Shown here: piece by piece, positions 57,622 to 64,000 of the stretch
Numbering within the stretch: position 1 is the stretch's first letter
How the letters are laid out: each line of letters opens with the position of its first letter
Source: Armatimonadota bacterium
GTDB taxonomy: Bacteria > Armatimonadota > UBA5829 > DTLH01
NCBI GenBank assembly: GCA_038207085.1
Contig: JBBRAE010000007.1
Coordinates: 64,655-128,654, forward strand
Direction of reading: 5' to 3'
DNA: 64,000 nt
Made by a program: the position numbers and the translations under genes
The notes under the pieces: generated by a model
Seen by the model: only the letters and a program-made list of their open reading frames with translations
Told to the model about the DNA's origin: nothing
Database searches by the model: none

Positions 57622-58389
57622 ATGAGTATTCACAAACAACTTACAAGGAGTTCATCAGGAATGATCAACCACCCCTCCGGCACCTCCGCGCTCTATCGCC
57701 TCGGCGTAGCGCTAGGCAATCTCGCATCCATCACACAAAAAACCGTGGTATCCGACCATTTCTCATCTTTCAGCGAGGAGAACTGGGGCCCTACGGATTT
57801 TGAAGACAGTTGCGGCACCCCTCAGGAGACAACCATCTGCCAAATCGACGACAGGTGCGTCCTTCGTATGCGCAGCAATATATCCACCAACGAGCGCAGA
57901 GGTTTCAGCAGCACCCGCACGTTCCTCCCACCAAAGATCCGCGTCGAGGTGGACTTCAAGCCACTTAGCGGCATCAACGGGCTGATGGAGCTATGGCTAA
58001 CAGACCGCCAGGGCTGGAACTACGTCGGTATCGGTGTGTATGGGGCGAATCTCGGTCTCAGCCGCGAAGTGGCTTCCTACTGCAGCATCGAGGAACCCGC
58101 AATCGCCGCTTACAACTGCTGGGACTACGGACGCTGGTACCGTCTGGCGATAGAGGGCGATCAAAGACGCACATCCGTAGCACTGCGCACCGCCGACGAC
58201 TCCGATGTCTGGGCCCACACTTACCCTTGGACACTCGCCGACCTAGGATCATGCTTCCGGGTAAACCTGACCCAGTGCATGAACGAGTCGCGCGCGGGCA
58301 TCTGGAAAGCTGAAAGCGCAATCGACCGCGTTTCGATTTCAGCCTGCCCTGCCAGAGTCCCGGCAATGACGCCTGTTTCCGCGCGTTAG
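57622..58389 (+). CDS. Hypothetical protein (beta-rich, lectin/jelly-roll-like by eye)
   Basis: Long ORF filling the gap; ATG 57661 with an AAGGAG RBS is an alternative start. Confidence 0.5.
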   Translation: MSIHKQLTRSSSGMINHPSGTSALYRLGVALGNLASITQKTVVSDHFSSFSEENWGPTDFEDSCGTPQETTICQIDDRCVLRMRSNISTNERRGFSSTRTFLPPKIRVEVDFKPLSGINGLMELWLTDRQGWNYVGIGVYGANLGLSREVASYCSIEEPAIAAYNCWDYGRWYRLAIEGDQRRTSVALRTADDSDVWAHTYPWTLADLGSCFRVNLTQCMNESRAGIWKAESAIDRVSISACPARVPAMTPVSAR

Positions 58390-58454
58390 ACATGAAAAAT
58401 TAGCTCCGCTCGCCTCGTTTCCCCTCGAACTAGCCGGGGTACACCATATAATGG

Positions 58455-59288
58455 ATGCTCGAAATGGAGAAGTCGATGGAAAAGAAGCGGGTAGTATTCG
58501 CTATTGTTGGTGTTTTCGTCATTGTGTCTGGACTTTTGATCGCCCTCCTCATCGCCCAGAATGTGCTCGCCGCACCGAGCCTTTCGGTAGACTGGCCAAG
58601 CGATGAACAGATCATTCAGGGTGAGACATATATCTTCAGCTGGACCGCGACCGGCCTCGCCCGCGTCAAGATCACCACAACAGGCGACCTGACCGATATC
58701 CCAGAGCACGACCGTGGGCAGTTTCGCTACGTAATAACCGACAGTCCCGGCTCCGGCAGCGCAAGCTGGAAAGCGCCGTTTCTTGACACCATCACCTTTA
58801 AAATCACGGCACGAGGCTTCAATCGAGATGGCAAAGAAGTAGCGAGCGATGAGCAAACCTACACCTTCCGCCCGTCGCTTCTGAAAGACCGCCACGACGA
58901 CGGAATCTACATCGACGTCCGCGACGAGACCCGCCAGCGGCTGTATGTATTAAGGGGCGACAAGCTTACCCACGCCTACCTCACATCAGGCTCGCGTAAC
59001 AGCGATTACTACCCCAGAAACGTCCACCCCGATAAGCCCCACGACCACGACGGCGTCTTCAGCGTGCTCGACAATCACGAGGTATGGCACTCCAAGCTCT
59101 TTGACGTGGACATGTACTGGGCGATGCGCTATTGGAACGGTCACTTCATCCACGGCACGTACCCAAACGAGTACAGCAAACTCGGCAGACCCGCAAGTTC
59201 CGGCTGTAACCGTTTGGAGAAAGAACAGGCAAAAGAACTCTACGACATGACCCCTGTCGGCACCCGAGTTGAGATCATAGCCAAGTAA
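58455..59288 (+). CDS. L,D-transpeptidase (YkuD family)
   Basis: FIHGT...LGRPASSGCNRL...TPVGTRV; N-terminal TM. Confidence 0.88.
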   Translation: MLEMEKSMEKKRVVFAIVGVFVIVSGLLIALLIAQNVLAAPSLSVDWPSDEQIIQGETYIFSWTATGLARVKITTTGDLTDIPEHDRGQFRYVITDSPGSGSASWKAPFLDTITFKITARGFNRDGKEVASDEQTYTFRPSLLKDRHDDGIYIDVRDETRQRLYVLRGDKLTHAYLTSGSRNSDYYPRNVHPDKPHDHDGVFSVLDNHEVWHSKLFDVDMYWAMRYWNGHFIHGTYPNEYSKLGRPASSGCNRLEKEQAKELYDMTPVGTRVEIIAK

Positions 59289-59357
59289 TCATGTCATGTG
59301 GGAGTCGCAGATCCCCGTGGAATACCCCCATGATAACCATATAGGGGGTGATCTCAC

Positions 59358-59615
59358 GTGGAAGGGCCAAACATCAAGGCTATCTGTTTTTCAATGATAG
59401 TATTCTGTCTGTTTGCAGTACTTGGAATGGCAATTATGAAGATCAACACCGCTGCCAGTCAGCCGCCGGACTCCCGGACCGCCGGGCAAAAGATCGACGC
59501 GCTTGAGTCGTCCTCCGGCATGCAGTCCTCCAGCGCGAAGGGCTTCATAAACAACGAGCGTTCCCGCCGAGCGGCAACGAAAGCAGCCGAAGACGCGGCT
59601 TTCGGAGTCCGCTAA
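59358..59615 (+). CDS. Small membrane-anchored hypothetical protein
   Basis: GGGGGTGA RBS, GTG start, N-terminal hydrophobic helix. Confidence 0.55.
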   Translation: MEGPNIKAICFSMIVFCLFAVLGMAIMKINTAASQPPDSRTAGQKIDALESSSGMQSSSAKGFINNERSRRAATKAAEDAAFGVR

Positions 59616-59692
59616 CTCGCTTTATTCACACTTCTCGTGAATAACGCTCCGTTAGCAAGAGCTTTATTCGCTTCACGAATAAAGCGGGCTAA
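59612..59692. repeat. Dispersed ~80-bp double-hairpin repeat (inverted relative to the 36294 copy)
   Basis: Reverse complement TTAGCCCGCTTTATTCGTGAAGCGAATAAAGCTCTTGCTAACGGAGCGTTATTCACGAGAAGTGTGAATAAAGCGAGTTAG. Confidence 0.85.
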
Positions 59693-59825
59693 TGTGGACG
59701 GCTGGCCTGGCGGTCGGAATCAGCACCCTCCGACCCCCAAGCCAGCCGCCCTCATCCCACCCACCGCACAAACCCCTGTTCGCAAGCTTGGCTTAGACCC
59801 ACGGCAATGGTATAATTACTCCACT

Positions 59826-62435
59826 ATGGCTGCAAAAGTTACTCCAATGGTCGCGCAGTACCGGGCTGTCAAAGAGCAGTATCCCGATACGATAGTTATG
59901 TTTCGTATGGGAGACTTCTACGAGATGTTCGGGGACGACGCCGTTACGGCGGCGCGCGAGCTTGAGATAGTCCTCACATCCCGGGACACGGGAACGGTCG
60001 GCAAGCTCCCGATGTGCGGTGTGCCGCATCACTCGGTAGAGCGCTACATCGCCCGTATGATCTCGCGCGGCTACCGGGTAGCGATGTGCGATCAGATCGA
60101 GGACCCCAAGAAGGCCAAAGGAATCGTAAAACGCGCCGTAACCCGGGTCATTACCCCCGGCACCGTCATGGAAGACGGCATGCTCGACGCCCGCAGCAAC
60201 AACTATCTTACAGCCGTAATCCCCGACGATGGTCTGGTCGGAATCGCGGCGGTCGACATCTCAACCGGAGAGTTCGCCGTCACAGAGATTCAGGGCCGCG
60301 ACTCCGTAACCCGTTTCCTGGAAGAGATCGTCCGCCTGACTCCCCGCGAGTGCCTGGTGCGCGAGATCGACCAGGACCTGCAAGAGCCGATCAAATCCGC
60401 AAGCGGCGGCTATGTGACCTTGATCGAAGGCTCGCTCGACTACGTCCAGCCCGCCAAAGACCGGCTGCAAACCCACTTCGGCACAAGTTCGCTTCGTGGT
60501 TTTGGCTGCGAGAATATGATCGTCGGCCTTGAAGCCGCCGCGATGGTGCTGGATTACCTAAAGCGCACCAACGGCCCCGCGCTCCAGCACATAACATCTA
60601 TCGCGACCTACTCAACATCAGGCTTTATGGTTCTCGACCCACCCGCGCGGCGCAACCTCGAGCTCACCCACTCCATGTCCGGCGACGGCAAAGGCAAGAG
60701 CCTGCTCTCGACGCTGGACCGCACCCGCACCTCTATGGGCGGGCGCTTGATCCGCAGGTGGCTCGACCAGCCACTCCTTGACGTGCCCACCATCATACGC
60801 CGTCAGGAAGCAGTAGAAGAACTCTACAGAAACGCGCTGCTCCGAGGCGACCTGCGTGAGGTCCTCCGAGATATCCAGGACATGGAACGCCTGATGAGCC
60901 GCATAGTGATAGGAAGCGCAAACGCCCGCGACCTCGTGGCTCTCGCCGTCTCTCTTGAGGCGCTCCCGCGTGTAAAGTCGACGCTTGACCCTGCCGCCTC
61001 CCCTGCCCTGCGCGACCTCGCTGAGTCGATCGACTCGCTCGACCACGTAAGCGAGATCATCCGAACCGCAATCAGCGACGACCCGCCCGCACACCTGCGC
61101 GACGGAGGGATGATCCGCAAAGGCTATAACGGAGAGCTGGATTTCCTGCGAAGCGCAGCAACTGACGGACGCGACTGGATCACGAACCTGGAAGCCTCCG
61201 AGCGCGAGCGCACCGGCATAAAGAACATGAAAGTCGGCTATAACTCCGTCTTCGGCTACTACATCGAAGTCTCCAAAGCCAACCAGGCGCTCGTGCCAGA
61301 ATATTATATAAGAAAGCAAACCACGGTCAACGCCGAGCGCTACATCACGCCCGAGCTCAAAGAATACGAAGCCCGGGTCCTCGGAGCCGACGAAAAAGCC
61401 GTAGAGCTCGAGCATACCCTCTTTGCCGAAGTCCGCGAGCGCGTAGCCGACGAAGCCCGCGCCGTTGGCCGTGTCGCCAAATCGGTTTCCGAGCTGGACG
61501 TTCTCGCGTCTCTGGCCGAAGTCGCCGCCGCAAACGCCTACATCCGCCCGGTGATCGATGACGAAGAAGAGATCATCATCCGAAACGGTCGCCACCCCGT
61601 AGTCGAGCAGTTCCTGGTAGACACGATGTTCGTCCCAAACGACACTTTGCTCAACTGCGAAAGCGACCAGCTACTGATCATCACCGGCCCCAACATGGCA
61701 GGAAAGTCGACGTATCTGCGCCAAGTCGCCTTAATCGTCTTGATGGCCCAGATTGGGAGCATGGTCCCGGCTGACGAGGCCAAAATCGGCGTAGTGGACA
61801 GAATCTTCACCCGAGTAGGCGCGCATGATGAACTCGCAAGCGGCCAGAGCACGTTCATGGTCGAGATGAACGAGACCGCGAACATACTAAACAACGCCAC
61901 GCGCCGCAGCCTCATCGTTCTCGATGAAATAGGCCGCGGCACATCCACCTACGACGGCCTCTCTATCGCCTGGGCCGTCGCCGAGCAGATCAAATCAATC
62001 GGCGCAAAGACCCTTTTCGCAACGCACTACCATCACCTAAACGAGCTTGAAAAGCAGATGCAGGGCGTCAAAAACTACCGCATCGCCGTAAAAGAAGAGG
62101 CCGATCGCATCGTGTGGCTCCGCAAGATCATGCCCGGCGGCACCGACCGAAGCTACGGCATAGAAGTCGCGCGTCTCGCAGGCCTCCCCCACGAAGTAAT
62201 CGAACGCGCCGCCGAGATCCTGGCCGACTTCGAGCGTAACGACGGTGGCAACAAGCTGGTAGACAAGAAGAAGTCCGTAGCCGCCAAAACCAAAAAGCTC
62301 CAGCTAACCATGTTCGAAGCCGAACGCCACCCCGTAGTCGACGAGCTGGAAAAACTCGACCTGTCGACGATGTCGCCAATAGAAGCGCTGGTAAAGCTAG
62401 ACCAAATGCAGAAGCGGGTGAAGCATCCTCAGTAG
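59826..62435 (+). CDS. mutS: DNA mismatch repair protein MutS
   Basis: TPMVAQY, GDFYE, TGPNMAGKST, STFMVEM, DEIGRGTS, SYGIEVA; start moved to ATG 59826. Confidence 0.98.
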   Translation: MAAKVTPMVAQYRAVKEQYPDTIVMFRMGDFYEMFGDDAVTAARELEIVLTSRDTGTVGKLPMCGVPHHSVERYIARMISRGYRVAMCDQIEDPKKAKGIVKRAVTRVITPGTVMEDGMLDARSNNYLTAVIPDDGLVGIAAVDISTGEFAVTEIQGRDSVTRFLEEIVRLTPRECLVREIDQDLQEPIKSASGGYVTLIEGSLDYVQPAKDRLQTHFGTSSLRGFGCENMIVGLEAAAMVLDYLKRTNGPALQHITSIATYSTSGFMVLDPPARRNLELTHSMSGDGKGKSLLSTLDRTRTSMGGRLIRRWLDQPLLDVPTIIRRQEAVEELYRNALLRGDLREVLRDIQDMERLMSRIVIGSANARDLVALAVSLEALPRVKSTLDPAASPALRDLAESIDSLDHVSEIIRTAISDDPPAHLRDGGMIRKGYNGELDFLRSAATDGRDWITNLEASERERTGIKNMKVGYNSVFGYYIEVSKANQALVPEYYIRKQTTVNAERYITPELKEYEARVLGADEKAVELEHTLFAEVRERVADEARAVGRVAKSVSELDVLASLAEVAAANAYIRPVIDDEEEIIIRNGRHPVVEQFLVDTMFVPNDTLLNCESDQLLIITGPNMAGKSTYLRQVALIVLMAQIGSMVPADEAKIGVVDRIFTRVGAHDELASGQSTFMVEMNETANILNNATRRSLIVLDEIGRGTSTYDGLSIAWAVAEQIKSIGAKTLFATHYHHLNELEKQMQGVKNYRIAVKEEADRIVWLRKIMPGGTDRSYGIEVARLAGLPHEVIERAAEILADFERNDGGNKLVDKKKSVAAKTKKLQLTMFEAERHPVVDELEKLDLSTMSPIEALVKLDQMQKRVKHPQ

Positions 62436-62696
62436 ATGGTTCTGAGCGTTCTATGCTTCGACTCACTCTTTTGAGCAGAAGCTCTCAAAACCGGTCCAAA
62501 GGCCGAGCTTGTTGACAACCGCCTCACACATTACCGCTGAGCACGATTTCCACGCCCAAAATGGCACAAGCCCCGGTTTTCGCATTCCTGGAGCTTCTGG
62601 TAGAAAGAAACGTTCTTTTCAGTTGTGTGGTGGAGGAATTGTTACCTCCGCAAAAAGTGACGGCAGTTTTCTCTCAAGTCCAAAAGACCACCGCAA

Positions 62697-63416
62697 CTAG
62701 ACGCGAGCAACCGCGAAATGCTCTTCCTTGAACTTGGAGAAGTAATACATTATTGAACGCTCAGCGATGTCCCTCATTACATCATACATCTCATCAACTG
62801 TCCACTTCTCGCAGCGAAAGTAGAAACTACCTCTGTTGAACTTCCCTCCTTCTTCGTTGTGAAGGCAGGTCTTGTTCAGTTCACCAAACATTGCCATAGT
62901 GCTTACTCTATCCAGGATGGAAGAGCTTGGATCGAAATCACAGCCATAACCGAAGCACACGAACGGAAAAATGGATTCGCGCATTAGGGCTGTCCGCAGC
63001 CCGATAAGGTTCTTGCCCAGCCTCTCTATAGCATTACCTCTTGCCTGCTTGGCTTTCCCTTCTTGGACACGCATATCGTTAGTACCCTGGTTCTTCGCCT
63101 CAGCTATAAGAATCGGATAGCTGAGCGGATCTCCGCGTCGTGCCTGGATATAAAGAATGCCACCATCAGGCCTTATCGAACTACTTTGGAAGTGATGGTG
63201 AAACTCCGCCTCTGGATAACTGTGCTTCAGCTCACCGACAATGTCTTTGAGTAACCATTGCTTCTCGTGGACAAGCGTTATCTTCTGTCCGAACTTAAGC
63301 GTCAAGTATGCCACAACCATCTGCAGAGCCTTGATGACATCACTCTCCTGCTTCTGCGATGTCACATTAATAACCATACCAGCGTGGATATCGCGCAGTT
63401 GGTGCTTTCTAGCCAT
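62697..63416 (-). CDS. EcoRI-family type II restriction endonuclease
   Basis: SIRPDGGI...IAEAKNQG (PD-(D/E)xK) and GNAIER, which match EcoRI catalytic and recognition motifs. Confidence 0.8.
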   Translation of the reverse strand: MARKHQLRDIHAGMVINVTSQKQESDVIKALQMVVAYLTLKFGQKITLVHEKQWLLKDIVGELKHSYPEAEFHHHFQSSSIRPDGGILYIQARRGDPLSYPILIAEAKNQGTNDMRVQEGKAKQARGNAIERLGKNLIGLRTALMRESIFPFVCFGYGCDFDPSSSILDRVSTMAMFGELNKTCLHNEEGGKFNRGSFYFRCEKWTVDEMYDVMRDIAERSIMYYFSKFKEEHFAVARV

Positions 63417-63418
63417 TG

Positions 63419-64000
63419 CTATGTCTCTCCAAACAACATTAACTGGTTTTTGCTCGAGTACTGAGATTCGGGGTGGGACTGAAGTGCGTCTTTCTCAGTC
63501 GCCAGTATCTTGGCCATCAGTTCGTCCACCGATGATCGGCTCTCGCCTTGCGTATCTACAACTACAATGACCTCTACATTCATAGGCTTCCTAGAGAAGC
63601 GTTGGGTGCTAACGCGGTAGCGCTTATACTCACACATCTCGATGCGGACAGAGCCCCGTTCCGCATTAGCACGAAGTAGATCTTCCAATGGTATAGTGCC
63701 GTCAGTACTGTAACTGGTCATAATGAAACGGGCATTAAGGGCTTGTATAAGCTTTCGATAAGCATTCACTGCTTCGCCCTTGTAGTTGTAGGCGCTACGC
63801 CGCTCTGTGCGCCAGTCCATCCGTATGGCTGACTTTGTGCCGGGTGTGATCGTCTTGCTCAACCCAGGCTTATCCCACAATGTGACAGAGTTCAGGACGT
63901 GGTAATTGCTGCCGTAGGGGTGCTGATTATATGGCGGGTCTAGGTATGCAACGTCCACAATGCTTTCCAGCTCTTCCGCGACCCTTAGAGCGTCGCCACA
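63419..64000 (-). CDS. N6-adenine DNA methyltransferase (D12/Dam-like), 5' end beyond window
   Basis: VAYLDPPYNQHPY; frame open to the window edge; directly upstream of the REase. Confidence 0.85.
   Translation of the reverse strand, partial: CGDALRVAEELESIVDVAYLDPPYNQHPYGSNYHVLNSVTLWDKPGLSKTITPGTKSAIRMDWRTERRSAYNYKGEAVNAYRKLIQALNARFIMTSYSTDGTIPLEDLLRANAERGSVRIEMCEYKRYRVSTQRFSRKPMNVEVIVVVDTQGESRSSVDELMAKILATEKDALQSHPESQYSSKNQLMLFGET

Overview
A GC-rich bacterial chromosomal segment. The C-terminal domain of the S8 protease suggests Armatimonadota, but this is an inference. Housekeeping content: CIRCE-groESL, folP, the rpmH-rnpA-yidD-yidC-jag-mnmE cluster, rtcA, mutS and tRNA-Arg(CCG). Respiratory content: a 16-heme + cytochrome b + 11-heme module, and one operon joining alternative complex III (actBCDFA...actE) to a cbb3-type oxidase (ccoN, ccoO, ccoS), with divergent maturation genes. 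Also present: a NurA/HerA pair, an MgtE-N/NRAMP-type transporter pair, and an EcoRI-like restriction-modification system cut by the right edge. The top finding is at 33.1-35.1 kb on the minus strand: a 486-aa TnpB/Cas12f-like RuvC nuclease, then a ~200-nt non-coding region holding an anti-repeat (candidate tracrRNA), then a tiny CRISPR-like array (two GTTGCAACGCAGCAGTAGTT... repeats plus an 8-nt repeat-end remnant, two spacers). No cas1/2/4 or tnpA is nearby. This looks like a minimal type V-F-like system or a TnpB-to-Cas12 intermediate. Other notable items are a c-di-GMP-I riboswitch with no downstream gene and a dispersed ~80-bp palindromic repeat family that overlaps gene ends. All calls were made by eye from sequence motifs; no searches were run.
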